Positions 35,568 to 45,206 are shown, numbered from the stretch's first letter. The stretch is 64,000 nucleotides of DNA from Alphaproteobacteria bacterium (GCA_965228425.1 OZ245815.1:1626185-1690184), one strand, 5' to 3'. Numbers and translations: made by a program. The notes: generated from the sequence alone by a model not told the origin.

Positions 35568-36977
35568 ATGGCCGGTCCACAGACCATGTTCGACAAGATT
35601 TGGAACCGCCACGTCATCGTGCAGCGGGACGACGGTCAATGTCTGTTGTATATCGACCGGCATCTGGCGCATGACGGATCGTTCCATGCGTTCAGCATGT
35701 TGCGTCAGGATGGCCGGTCGGTGAAGCGTCCGCAGCAGGTATTCGCGACGCCCGATCACTATAGTCCCACCGATGTCCGAACGATCGATGCGATCGAGAA
35801 TGACGAGTTACGCGAAAAGGTCGCCATTCTGGACGAAAACACCAAGGAGTTCGGTGTCCCGCATTTCGGGATCGACGACGAGCGGATGGGCATCGTGCAT
35901 GTCATCGGGCCGGAGTTGGGAATCACCCAGCCGGGCATCTTCCTGGTCTGTGGTGATTCTCATACGTCCACCCATGGTGCGATGGGGACCATTGCCTGCG
36001 GTATCGGCGCATCGGAAGTGGCCCATGTCCTGGCGACGCAATGCCTGTGGCAGAGCAAGCCGAAAACCATGCGCATCACCGTCGACGGCACCTTGGGTTT
36101 CGGCGTGACCGGCAAGGACGTCATTCTGGCGATCATCGGCCAGATCAGCGCGGCGGGCGGCGCCGGGTACGCGATCGAATATGCCGGGTCGGGGATCGAA
36201 CAGCTTTCCATGGAAGGGCGACTGACGGTCAGCAACATGTCTATCGAGGCCGGCTGCCGTATGGGCATCATTGCGCCCGACCAGAAGACCTATGACTACC
36301 TGGAAGGACGGCCCTACGCGCCGAAGGGGGCGGAATGGGACAAGGCAATGGCGTATTGGAAGACGCTGCCGACGGATGATGGGGCGACTTTCGATCGCGA
36401 GGTCACGGTCGATGGCAATGCCATCGCGCCGATGGTGACCTGGGGCAATAGTCCGGAAAACGTGGTGCAGGTGACCGACGTGGTTCCGGACCCGTCTAAG
36501 GAACCCAATGCCGAGCGGCGGCAATCGATGCTCAACGCGCTCGACTATATGGATCTCAAGGCTGGCATGCCGATGACGGACGTCGCGGTGGACCGCGTGT
36601 TCATCGGGTCTTGTACGAACAGCCGGATCGAGGATCTGCGCCTGGCCGCCGATGTGGTGAAAGGCCGCAGCGCCGTGGTGCCGTCGATGATCTCGCCGGG
36701 ATCGATGCAGGTCAAGGCGGCGGCGGAGCGGGAAGGGCTGGACAAGATCTTTACCGAGGCCGGGTTCGAGTGGCGCCATTCGGCTTGTTCGATGTGCGTC
36801 GGGTTGAACGGCGATTCTGTCGAGCCGGGGATCCGCACCGCCTCCACCAGCAACCGGAACTTCCGCGGCCGGCAGGGACCCGGAAGCCGGACGCATCTCG
36901 TCAGCCCGGCCATGGCCGCGGCCGCTGCCGTCACCGGAAAGTTCACCGATGTGCGCCAATTGATGGAGGAGAAGTAG
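35568..36977 (+). CDS. aconitase-family hydro-lyase large subunit (LeuC-like, divergent paralogue)
   Basis: LeuC-like throughout (GIVHVIGPELG, VCGDSHTSTHG, GSCTNSRIEDL, CSMC, ASTSNRNFRGRQG). The canonical HLVHEVTSPQAF motif reads HLAHDGSFHAF, and CSMCLAMN reads CSMCVGLN. GAGGGAGAGG RBS before ATG 35568. The 204 upstream codons of the track ORF overlap the EamA gene. Confidence 0.8.
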   Translation: MAGPQTMFDKIWNRHVIVQRDDGQCLLYIDRHLAHDGSFHAFSMLRQDGRSVKRPQQVFATPDHYSPTDVRTIDAIENDELREKVAILDENTKEFGVPHFGIDDERMGIVHVIGPELGITQPGIFLVCGDSHTSTHGAMGTIACGIGASEVAHVLATQCLWQSKPKTMRITVDGTLGFGVTGKDVILAIIGQISAAGGAGYAIEYAGSGIEQLSMEGRLTVSNMSIEAGCRMGIIAPDQKTYDYLEGRPYAPKGAEWDKAMAYWKTLPTDDGATFDREVTVDGNAIAPMVTWGNSPENVVQVTDVVPDPSKEPNAERRQSMLNALDYMDLKAGMPMTDVAVDRVFIGSCTNSRIEDLRLAADVVKGRSAVVPSMISPGSMQVKAAAEREGLDKIFTEAGFEWRHSACSMCVGLNGDSVEPGIRTASTSNRNFRGRQGPGSRTHLVSPAMAAAAAVTGKFTDVRQLMEEK

Positions 36978-36978
36978 A

Positions 36979-37596
36979 ATGGAAGCCTTCACCACATTGA
37001 CCGCCACGGCGGTGCCGATCGACACCGTCAACGTCGACACGGATCAGATCATACCCGCGCGTTTCCTGAAGCGGGTGCGGACCGATCCCGAATACGCCAG
37101 CTTCTTCTTCCACGATCTGCGGCGGAACAAGGACGGCAGCCAACGCGACGATTTTATCTTGAACAAGGAACCGTATAAGGACGCGCAAATCATCGTCGCG
37201 GACGACAACTGGGGATGCGGCTCGTCGCGCGAGGCGGCGGTCTGGACCCTTCTCGCCAACAACTTCCGCTGCGTCATCGCGCCTAGCTTCGGCGATATTC
37301 ACTACAACAACGGTATGAAGAACGGCATGTTGCCGGTCCGGCTGGCGAAGGACGAGTGCGCGACGTTGCGCGGCCAACTTCATGAGAACCCGGGGACGGC
37401 GATTACCATTGATCTGAGTGCTCAAGCCGTCACCGGACCCGATGGCGCCGCGTACAGCTTCGAGATCGATCCATTCCAGAAGCATTGCATGATGGAAGGC
37501 CTCGACCATATCGGCCTGACCGAGCAATACGATGCGGATTTCGATGCCTTCGAGGAAAAGTACAAGAAGGAAGCGAGTTGGCTCTTCCCGGCCTGA
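36979..37596 (+). CDS. aconitase-family hydro-lyase small subunit (LeuD-like)
   Basis: VDTDQIIPARFLK, NWGCGSSREAAVW and APSFGDIHYNN. It starts 1 nt after the large-subunit stop. Confidence 0.85.
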   Translation: MEAFTTLTATAVPIDTVNVDTDQIIPARFLKRVRTDPEYASFFFHDLRRNKDGSQRDDFILNKEPYKDAQIIVADDNWGCGSSREAAVWTLLANNFRCVIAPSFGDIHYNNGMKNGMLPVRLAKDECATLRGQLHENPGTAITIDLSAQAVTGPDGAAYSFEIDPFQKHCMMEGLDHIGLTEQYDADFDAFEEKYKKEASWLFPA

Positions 37597-37605
37597 GCCG
37601 TCGGG

Positions 37606-39702
37606 TTAAGCCTCGGTCACGATCAGGCCATCCACCGCGACGACGCCGTCGCCTTCCGGTTTGACCAAAAGCGGATTGATCTCCGCTTCCGACACGCGTG
37701 AGCCGTCCAGGCGGGCCAGGTTCGACACGGCGACGATGGCGTCGGCCAACGCGTCCAGGTCGCCTTTCGGCATGCCCCGATAGCCGCGGATCGGCGCGAG
37801 GCCGTCCACTTCGTCGATCATTTCCCGCGCGGTGTCGGCCGAGACCGGCGCGATGCGGATGGCGATGTCGCCGTATATCTCGGACAACACGCCGCCGGCG
37901 CCAAGAACCACGGTCGGACCGACCAGCGAGTCCACGCGATACCCCAGCAATACTTCGGCGAGGCCCCGCTCCATACGCTGCAGCAGGAACCCGTTCAATT
38001 GAGCCGATGGGCTGTAGGCGGTGACTCGTTCTTGGATGTCGGAGAGGGCGGTGGCCAGCGCGCCGGTGTCGGTAATGTTCAGTTCGACGCCACCCGCCTC
38101 GGTCTTGTGGGCGATGTCGGGGGAAAGAACCTTGGCAACCATGGGAAAGCCGACGGACTCGGCCATAGCAAGGCCGGTGTCCGCGTCCGGCGCCGAGGCG
38201 GCCGCGACTTGGGGGACGCCGAGTGCGTCGAACACCGTGCGGGCGCTTTCCTCGTCGGCGGTACCCGTCGGTAGACCTTTGACCAGAGCGGCCAGTCCAT
38301 CGCCGTCGAAGGCCGGGGCATCCGGCACGGGGACAGGGGGCTGCCAACTCAAACAACAGCGAAAGGCGTCGGCGCAGCCTTCCGGCGTGCGGAATGCCGC
38401 GATGCCCGCGTTGGTCAGCATCTGGTTCGATTCCTCGGCTGTAGGCACCAGAAAGGCGCCGATCGGCTTCTCGGATTTCGCCAAGTCGAGGAAAGGTTTG
38501 ACCGCGTTCTCCGGATTGAATTGTGCCGAGGAGCCGACGACCATGATGACGCCGTCATTCTCCGGCATTGCCATCAATTCGTTGAGCAGCATCGCCGTAT
38601 TTTTAGGATTGGTCCCGTTAAAGGTCAGGTCGATCAACGGGCCGTTCGAGAACACCGCACCTTTGTCCAATAGCGCGCGCGCCTTCTCCTCGGGGATGCC
38701 GACCGCATCAATTCCCTTGCGGCCTAAGCTGTCGACCACCATGCCGCCACCGCCGCCGGTGGTGCTGAGGACGGACACTGTCTTGCCCGGCTTCGGTTTC
38801 CGGCCGAGCAGCAGGAGCGGCAGTTCGAACAGAGTTTCGAACAGATCGACCCGGACGATGCCGTGATGCTGGAAGAAAGCGTCGACTGCCGCATCGGTGC
38901 CCGCGATTGCGCCGGTGTGGGACGCGGTGAACTGTTGTGCGGCTTCCGATCGCCCGAGTTTGTAGACGATGATGGGCTTCCCGGCATCATGCGCGCGGCG
39001 GGCCATCGCGGCGAAGGCATCGGCGGAGCGTATCGTCTCGAGGAACAGGAGGATCGCCTCGGTCTTCGGGTCGTCGACCAGGATTTCGCCGACCTCGGCG
39101 ACGGAGATATCGCTCTCGTTTCCGATCGACACGATCTTGGAGAAGCCGAGGCCGCGCGCCTGGCCCCGCGATATGAAGGTGCCGGTAAGACTGCCGCTAT
39201 GGGAGATAACACCCAGATTCCCTTTATTGAGGGTGGGGAGCTGCAGTACCGTATTCGGCGCGATCGTCGCGGGTGGGTCGGTATTGTAGACGCCCATACA
39301 ATTCGGGCCGATCAACCGGACGCCCGCCGTTTTTGCCGCGTCTATCAATTCTTTCTGAAGCCGGACGCCTTCCTCACCGGATTCCGCAAAGTCCGAGGTG
39401 AAAACCGTGGCCACCGGAACATTCGCTTCGCCGCATTCGCGGATGACCTGCGGGACGGTGGCCGGAGGGGTGGTGATGAAAGCGTGGTCGACCTGATCGG
39501 GGATATCCGTGACCGACGGATAGCATTTGACGCCGTACACGGTCTCGCGCGTCGGGTGGACCGGATAGACTTTTCCCGGGTACCCGTGCTTTTCGAGATA
39601 GACTTGTGTCCGCGAGTTGTTTGCGCCCGGCTTATCCGAAGCCCCGATGAGAGCAATGGATCGCGGTGTGAAGAGGGCGTCGGCGAGGCTGATTTCGGAC
39701 AT
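37606..39702 (-). CDS. ADP-forming acyl-CoA synthetase (acetate--CoA ligase family: CoA-binding + succinyl-CoA-synthetase-like + ATP-grasp)
   Basis: PRSIALIGASDKPG, VISHSGSL (phosphohistidine loop) and a C-terminal ATP-grasp-like region. ATG 39702; track start 39741. Confidence 0.8.
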   Translation of the reverse strand: MSEISLADALFTPRSIALIGASDKPGANNSRTQVYLEKHGYPGKVYPVHPTRETVYGVKCYPSVTDIPDQVDHAFITTPPATVPQVIRECGEANVPVATVFTSDFAESGEEGVRLQKELIDAAKTAGVRLIGPNCMGVYNTDPPATIAPNTVLQLPTLNKGNLGVISHSGSLTGTFISRGQARGLGFSKIVSIGNESDISVAEVGEILVDDPKTEAILLFLETIRSADAFAAMARRAHDAGKPIIVYKLGRSEAAQQFTASHTGAIAGTDAAVDAFFQHHGIVRVDLFETLFELPLLLLGRKPKPGKTVSVLSTTGGGGGMVVDSLGRKGIDAVGIPEEKARALLDKGAVFSNGPLIDLTFNGTNPKNTAMLLNELMAMPENDGVIMVVGSSAQFNPENAVKPFLDLAKSEKPIGAFLVPTAEESNQMLTNAGIAAFRTPEGCADAFRCCLSWQPPVPVPDAPAFDGDGLAALVKGLPTGTADEESARTVFDALGVPQVAAASAPDADTGLAMAESVGFPMVAKVLSPDIAHKTEAGGVELNITDTGALATALSDIQERVTAYSPSAQLNGFLLQRMERGLAEVLLGYRVDSLVGPTVVLGAGGVLSEIYGDIAIRIAPVSADTAREMIDEVDGLAPIRGYRGMPKGDLDALADAIVAVSNLARLDGSRVSEAEINPLLVKPEGDGVVAVDGLIVTEA

Positions 39703-39916
39703 GGTGTTGGTCGACCTACCGTGTATTGTCTTGGCGTGCATCGTCGGTCGTCACCCGGCCCTTTCTGCTGAACGTTCTTTCCAACGATAAAATTTGGCGT
39801 AACGCGGTAAGGGCTGCTGGTTCGATGGGGCGAGGGTTGGACACTGCCGGCCAATTGGGAATCGTTGCGGCATACTATAAGTTTAGGACACCAAGAAGAA
39901 AGAGGCTGATCACAAG

Positions 39917-42484
39917 ATGCCGGCGAAGGAAGAGGCGGAAGGCGGCGTTCTGCAGTTGGCGACGGTGGAAGATCTTCGCCGACGGGGCGCTTTGGCCGAA
40001 GCGATGGCCGCCTGCCAAATGCTGATCCGCCGAACGCCTGACGCACCCCGCGCTCTTCTTATGGCGGCGGCGATCAGCCGGGATAGCGAGGACACGCCGA
40101 GAGCCCTCGAATTCGTCGAACGCGCGTTGCTGACCGAGCCGTCGGACCCGGATCTCATTTGCGACGCGGCACAAATTCGCTTGCGGTGCGGCGACTCGGC
40201 AGGTGCACAGGAGGCCTTTCACGCGGCACTGGTTCACGATCCGTGCTGGTCGGTCGCCCACCTCGGCCTGGCCGAGTTGCACGAGGCGACCGGGAAGCAG
40301 CGGGATGCCATCTATCACTTGCGCATTGCGGTGGCGAACGATCCGGCCGACCTCGATTCTCGTGAACGACTTGCGACGGCATTGGGTGAGGATGGTCAGA
40401 TGCGGGAGGCGGCCGCGCTGCGGCGGGAGACGCTCCGCCGTGCGCATCGCAGAATTACCGAGGAATACACCAAAATCCGCACGCCGAGCGCCACCGCGTC
40501 GCCCCGTGCCGCGCAGCTTGATCGGGCCGCGTGGGTCCAATCGCTTCTGGTTTTCGCCGTTTCGGGTGTCGGGCTTGCTAAGTTCCTCGAGCGGGAAGAA
40601 AGTCTCGACGACGCGGTCGCGACATACCGATTCTGTCTGCGCACGCTTGAAGAGGCGGCAGGGCAGGCGGCGTCCCTGGATGGTTTGCGCCGCGCCTTTG
40701 AGGCCGCCGCCTTCGCGTTTTCGCATTGCCATCAAGAAATGGCCTTGTTGCAGGAAAAGCAGGGCGAGATCGGCGGCGCGATCTATCACATGGAGGAGGC
40801 GCTGCGCGTTCGGGGTGACGAATGGGATAAACCGCATGCGTGGTTGGGGGCGGTGGCGGCTCGCGGTGGTGACTCGATCTCCGCAATACGCGATGCCGTG
40901 CAGGAATATGCGGCGCGGCCGCTGTTGCCGGGGCACCATCCAGTTACACGATGGGATTTCGGGCGGCATGCGGCCGGGTGGATCGAATTGGCGCAGGAAC
41001 ACTGGCGCGGCGCCGCGCGGCGGCGCCACATAACCTTGTTCGGCGCCGGTCCGCAGGAAGTTCAGGTCTGTTTCGCCATTGCTTGCGTCCTGTTTTCCCG
41101 GGGGCATCGGGTCGACGTTTTATGGTCCCCATCGATACGGTTCGACGCGTCCGGCGAAACCGATATCGAATCGCTGCGTTGGGACGAGGAGATGATGGCC
41201 CGCGAACTCGGCGCATTCGCCGAAGAAGGCTTGCCGGAGGGGCTTAGTCTAATCGCGATAAACACGATTACACCGGCGCCGAGCGATCCCGAGATGAAGA
41301 ATGTCGCAGACAATCTGGCGCGTGCCGACGTGTATCGCCACGCCGGAACGATGGATATCGACCTGACGACGCAGCCGCTTCGGGGTCAATGGCGTTGGCG
41401 GATGCAACGGAACCTCGATGTACTTCAACGGATCGGTACATATGCGAAAGAACACGCGCCGGATCGGTTCATCGTCTTCGAAGGCATCGCGATGGAATCC
41501 GCGGCCGCATTCGAAGCGGCCGGTGCGCACGATTTGGTCCGGATGACGTGGGAGAACAGCGCGGATGTCTCGGGTGCGGTCACGATATTGGCAAACAGCA
41601 CCGCCGCGCAGCACGATGTAGCCGCGCTGTGGGCGGCAGACGCGCCGCATCCCATGACCGCCGACCGCCGCGAACGGGTGATGGCATGGCTATCCGCAAA
41701 GGAAGGTGGGGATCATCAGGAAATCAAACCGCGCGGACGGCATCAACCGGGAGAGCGGGCAACTGCCCTATTAGGGGAATTGCAATTGGACGTCACGAAA
41801 CCGGTCGTGGTGCTGTTCGCGGAAAACGCCGCCGCGCTTACCACGTTGGGTCGCGGCGTCGTCTCACCGAAAAGCGAAGATTGGCTGATCGGCACCGCCG
41901 AGTATTTCGAGGCGCATCGCGAGTGGCAGTTGGTGATCCGGTTGCATCCGGACGATACGGCGGAGGACGCCGCCGAAGCGGCCAACCTGTTCCGTCGCCG
42001 GTGGGTCGAACTGCCGGCGAATATCCGTATCATTCCTTCCGCCGACCCGGTTAACAACTACCGGCTGCTGGAAGCGGCTCAACTCGGTCTCTATTACACC
42101 GACCGTATCGGGTTGGACATGGCCGTACTTGGCATTCAGGGGGTTACGCCGGCGCGGCCGTTTTTTGGGGAGGTCGGTTTCACCCGCGAAGCGGATTCGA
42201 TGGAGGATTTCTACCGGCTGATCCGTCTCGCGCTCGACGATCCGGACCGGACTGCGATGACGGAACAGCAGGTCGACCTGGCATGGTGTTTTGCGGACCT
42301 TATGGTCGCAACCGCGGCCAAGCCATTCCCATGGCCGCATGGCCGTTTCTGGCGATCGATCATTGAAGATTGGCCGATGGAACGGGTGTTGAGCCAACCG
42401 AGCGGAGGAGCCTTCGAAGAAGTCTTTGCGATCCTCGGTGGCGAACGGAAACTTGTCGACGGCGTCGTCGGATCGGCCGAATAA
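39917..42484 (+). CDS. TPR-repeat protein fused to a GT-B / capsule-polysaccharide-biosynthesis-like (KpsC/KpsS, Capsule_synth-like) domain
   Basis: 855 aa. The N-terminal ~330 aa contain TPR-like helical repeats. The C-terminal region has KPVVVLFAENAA...EWQLVIRLHPDD...NIRIIPSADPVNNYRLLEAAQLGLYYTDRIGLDMAVLG. This resembles the HP...tail pattern of Capsule_synth/GT-B enzymes. The domain call is from memory only. Confidence 0.45.
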   Translation: MPAKEEAEGGVLQLATVEDLRRRGALAEAMAACQMLIRRTPDAPRALLMAAAISRDSEDTPRALEFVERALLTEPSDPDLICDAAQIRLRCGDSAGAQEAFHAALVHDPCWSVAHLGLAELHEATGKQRDAIYHLRIAVANDPADLDSRERLATALGEDGQMREAAALRRETLRRAHRRITEEYTKIRTPSATASPRAAQLDRAAWVQSLLVFAVSGVGLAKFLEREESLDDAVATYRFCLRTLEEAAGQAASLDGLRRAFEAAAFAFSHCHQEMALLQEKQGEIGGAIYHMEEALRVRGDEWDKPHAWLGAVAARGGDSISAIRDAVQEYAARPLLPGHHPVTRWDFGRHAAGWIELAQEHWRGAARRRHITLFGAGPQEVQVCFAIACVLFSRGHRVDVLWSPSIRFDASGETDIESLRWDEEMMARELGAFAEEGLPEGLSLIAINTITPAPSDPEMKNVADNLARADVYRHAGTMDIDLTTQPLRGQWRWRMQRNLDVLQRIGTYAKEHAPDRFIVFEGIAMESAAAFEAAGAHDLVRMTWENSADVSGAVTILANSTAAQHDVAALWAADAPHPMTADRRERVMAWLSAKEGGDHQEIKPRGRHQPGERATALLGELQLDVTKPVVVLFAENAAALTTLGRGVVSPKSEDWLIGTAEYFEAHREWQLVIRLHPDDTAEDAAEAANLFRRRWVELPANIRIIPSADPVNNYRLLEAAQLGLYYTDRIGLDMAVLGIQGVTPARPFFGEVGFTREADSMEDFYRLIRLALDDPDRTAMTEQQVDLAWCFADLMVATAAKPFPWPHGRFWRSIIEDWPMERVLSQPSGGAFEEVFAILGGERKLVDGVVGSAE

Positions 42485-42560
42485 GCGTCTTCGTCAGCTT
42501 GCAAATTTCCCATGGGCATGAGTTTATTGCGCCCTGGATTGTGACTGCGGAGCGACCGGA

Positions 42561-44255
42561 ATGAACCAAATGACTAGCGCCGAAGCCCTCGTACAAATGC
42601 TCCGGCTGCATGGCGTCGATACGATCTTTGGCTTATGCGGCGACACCAGCCTGCCGTTCTACGACGCGCTTTATCGAACCGGTCAGGATCTGACCCATGT
42701 GTTGACGCGGGACGAGCGGCATGCGGCATATATGGCGGATTGCTATGCGCGGGTAACCGGCAAGGTCGGTGTGTGCGAAGGGCCGAGTGGCGGCGGGGCG
42801 ACCTATATTCTGCCGGGCGTCGTCGAGGCGAATGAGTCCTCGATTCCGATCCTCGCAATCACGACCGATATTTCGGTGACCGGGCGCGGGCGCTACACGT
42901 TGACCGAGCTCGACCAGGACGCGCTTTACCGCCCGTTGACGAAATGGAACTGCGTTCTCGACAGTGGGGCGGAACTGCCCAAGATGGTGCGGCGCGCGTT
43001 CCGCGAAATGACGACCGGCAAGCCCGGCGCCGCGCATATCGGCCTGCCCTACGACGTCCAGAACCAGCCGGTCGACGACGCGGACGTTTGGGCCGACCAA
43101 AGCCACGGGCGATTCCCGGCCTGGCGAACGGGTCCGGATGAAGACGCCATCGGCCGGGCGGCGGACGTCATCCTGTCGGGCAAGCAGCCGATCTTTATTT
43201 GCGGTGGCGGTGTGGTCATTTCGGGCGCGGAAACGGAACTCCAGACCCTGGCGGAGCTGTTGGATGCGCCGGTCGCGACCACGGTCAGCGGGCAGGGCAG
43301 CATCTCCGATGCGCATCCGCTCGCCGTCGGCGTGGTCGGCAGCAATGGCGGCGTTCCGGAAACGCGGGAAATCGTCGATGCCGCGGATGTCGTCGTCTTC
43401 GTAAGCTGCCGGGCCGGTTCGGTCACGACGGAGCGGTGGCGGCATCCGGCGCCCGGGACGGCGAAAATCGTCCACATCGATGTGGATCCCGGCGTCATCG
43501 GTGCGAGCTACGAGACCGATGCCGCCGTGGTCGGCGATGCCCGCGAAGCGCTTGCCGCGCTGGTGACGGAGATTTCGGGCCGTGGCGTCAAAGGCGGAGA
43601 TGCTGGCGCCATCCGGGACCGGATCGCCGCGATGAAAAAGGCGAAATTCGATGCCTTCCAAGCCTTGGCCGAGTCGAACGACATGCCGATCAAGCCGGAA
43701 CGCGTGATTGCCGACCTGCAGGCCGTCTTGCCGGAAGATGCGATCACCGTCGCCGATCCGGGAACTCCCTGTCCCTATTTCTCGGCGTTCTATCAACAGA
43801 CCACGACCGGGCGGCAGTTCATCTCCAACCGCGCGCATGGTGCACTCGGGTTCTCGCTCGCCGGCGCGATTGGGGCGCATTACGGCCGGCCGGATCGTCA
43901 AGTGGTGGCGGTTATGGGCGACGGCAGTTTCGGCATGTCGGTGGGCGAACTCGAGACGATCGTCCGCTTCAATCTGCCGATCACGGTCGTCGTCATTTCG
44001 AACAGCGTGTTCGGCTGGATCAAGGCGGGCCAGAAAAGCGGCTATGACGAACGGTATTATTCGGTCGACTTTTCGCGGACGGATCATGCGAAGGTCGCGG
44101 CAGCCTTCGGATTGAAGACGTGGACGGTCGAGGATCCGGCGGATTTGCGAAAGGCTTTCAAGGCGGCGACCGAAAGCGGCGGTCCGGCCCTCGTCGATGT
44201 GATTTGCCAGCCATTGCAGGAAGCCAAAGCCCCTGTCAGCGAATGGGTGGCGTAG
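42561..44255 (+). CDS. thiamine-diphosphate-dependent enzyme (acetolactate-synthase large-subunit-like)
   Basis: An N-terminal Pyr domain (ALVQMLRLHGVDTIFGLCGD) and the GDGSFGMSVGELET TPP-binding motif (GDG...N). Confidence 0.85.
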   Translation: MNQMTSAEALVQMLRLHGVDTIFGLCGDTSLPFYDALYRTGQDLTHVLTRDERHAAYMADCYARVTGKVGVCEGPSGGGATYILPGVVEANESSIPILAITTDISVTGRGRYTLTELDQDALYRPLTKWNCVLDSGAELPKMVRRAFREMTTGKPGAAHIGLPYDVQNQPVDDADVWADQSHGRFPAWRTGPDEDAIGRAADVILSGKQPIFICGGGVVISGAETELQTLAELLDAPVATTVSGQGSISDAHPLAVGVVGSNGGVPETREIVDAADVVVFVSCRAGSVTTERWRHPAPGTAKIVHIDVDPGVIGASYETDAAVVGDAREALAALVTEISGRGVKGGDAGAIRDRIAAMKKAKFDAFQALAESNDMPIKPERVIADLQAVLPEDAITVADPGTPCPYFSAFYQQTTTGRQFISNRAHGALGFSLAGAIGAHYGRPDRQVVAVMGDGSFGMSVGELETIVRFNLPITVVVISNSVFGWIKAGQKSGYDERYYSVDFSRTDHAKVAAAFGLKTWTVEDPADLRKAFKAATESGGPALVDVICQPLQEAKAPVSEWVA

Positions 44256-44263
44256 GAGGCGAC

Positions 44264-45181
44264 ATGACAAAATTCAGACAAACCGCAAGCGGGAGCGAAA
44301 TCTTTCTGGATCATATCGCCCATTGGGTACTGGACATGGAGCCGGCCGCCGCCGCGCTGGAGAAATTCGGCTTTACCCTCACGCCGTATACCGAACACAC
44401 CAACTCGACCGCACCGGGCGAGCCGATCGTGCCGGCAGGCAGTGCGAACCAGTGCATCATGCTGCGGGAAGGGTATTTGGAAATTTTGACGCCGACCGCG
44501 GACACGGCGATTGGCCGGGAGGTGAGCGCCGGTATCGACCGGTATGTCGGTGTCCATCTTGCGGCCTTTGGATGCGCGGATTCGCCTGCGCAGCGTGAGC
44601 GTCTTATCGGTGAAGGTTTCGAGCAGCGTCCGGTCGTCGATCTTCGGCGCGAGGTCGATGACGAGAGCGGGGAACGCGGCACGCTTCAGTTCACCGTGAT
44701 CCGGCCCGTTCCCGGTACGATGGCCGAAGGGCGCGTTCAGTTCCTGACACACCACACGCCGGACCTGCTGTGGCAGGAGCGCTGGATGGGGCATCCGAAC
44801 GGCGCCGAGCGTTTGACCGAACTTTTTATCTGCGTGGAGGACCCCGACGAAGCGGTTGGACGCTACGAACGGTATCTCGATCGCGAGCCGGAAAAAATTG
44901 GCGATGGCTGGTTAATTACCGTCGAGCGGGGACGGGTCGCCTTGCTGACGCCCGACATGTTAACCGGTTTTGTTGCTGATTTCGCGATTCCGGGCCTGCC
45001 CTACATCGCGGGATACACCCTACAGTGCCATGATTTGTCGAGCACTATCAGCTACTTGAAATCTAAGGAAATTCTTTACAGAGAATTAACAAACGACGTG
45101 GTAGCGGTCGTCTGTCCGCCGGCATTGGGTGGTGTCCTGCTGTTTACCAGCAAGGGATACGCTTTGCCGTGGGGACGATGA
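44264..45181 (+). CDS. VOC/glyoxalase-like domain protein (Glyoxalase_3-like)
   Basis: LDHIAHWVLDMEPAAAALEKFGFTLTP and EILTP resemble glyoxalase-like (PF13468) proteins. TAGGAGG RBS before ATG 44264, 8 nt after the TPP-enzyme stop. Confidence 0.55.
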   Translation: MTKFRQTASGSEIFLDHIAHWVLDMEPAAAALEKFGFTLTPYTEHTNSTAPGEPIVPAGSANQCIMLREGYLEILTPTADTAIGREVSAGIDRYVGVHLAAFGCADSPAQRERLIGEGFEQRPVVDLRREVDDESGERGTLQFTVIRPVPGTMAEGRVQFLTHHTPDLLWQERWMGHPNGAERLTELFICVEDPDEAVGRYERYLDREPEKIGDGWLITVERGRVALLTPDMLTGFVADFAIPGLPYIAGYTLQCHDLSSTISYLKSKEILYRELTNDVVAVVCPPALGGVLLFTSKGYALPWGR

Positions 45182-45206
45182 GGGCGGACGGTCGCAGGAC
45201 AAACAT

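Noticed and set aside
35808-37040. 410-aa ORF antisense to the LeuC-like gene
   Set aside because: Shadow ORF. The sense frame has unambiguous aconitase-family motifs.
35568-37596. Annotating these genes as housekeeping leuC/leuD
   Set aside because: Conserved LeuC motifs are altered and the genomic context is transporter and catabolic. I kept a generic LeuCD-like call without gene symbols. This remains unresolved without the whole genome.
39875-41107. 410-aa ORF antisense to the TPR::GT-like gene, and a 276-aa plus-strand alternative frame (40203-41033)
   Set aside because: The Arg-rich, low-complexity translations have no motifs. The chosen frame gives a continuous 855-aa product with TPR periodicity.
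42561-44255. Interpreting the ThDP enzyme as sulfoacetaldehyde acetyltransferase (Xsc) linked to the TauD genes in a taurine pathway
   Set aside because: The sequence looks like a generic IlvB-type ThDP enzyme. It is more than 9 kb from any TauD gene, and no pta, tauABC or tauR is nearby. There is no support beyond the shared superfamily.
42633-44270. 545-aa ORF antisense to the ThDP enzyme gene
   Set aside because: Shadow ORF. The sense frame has the ThDP-binding GDG...N motif.
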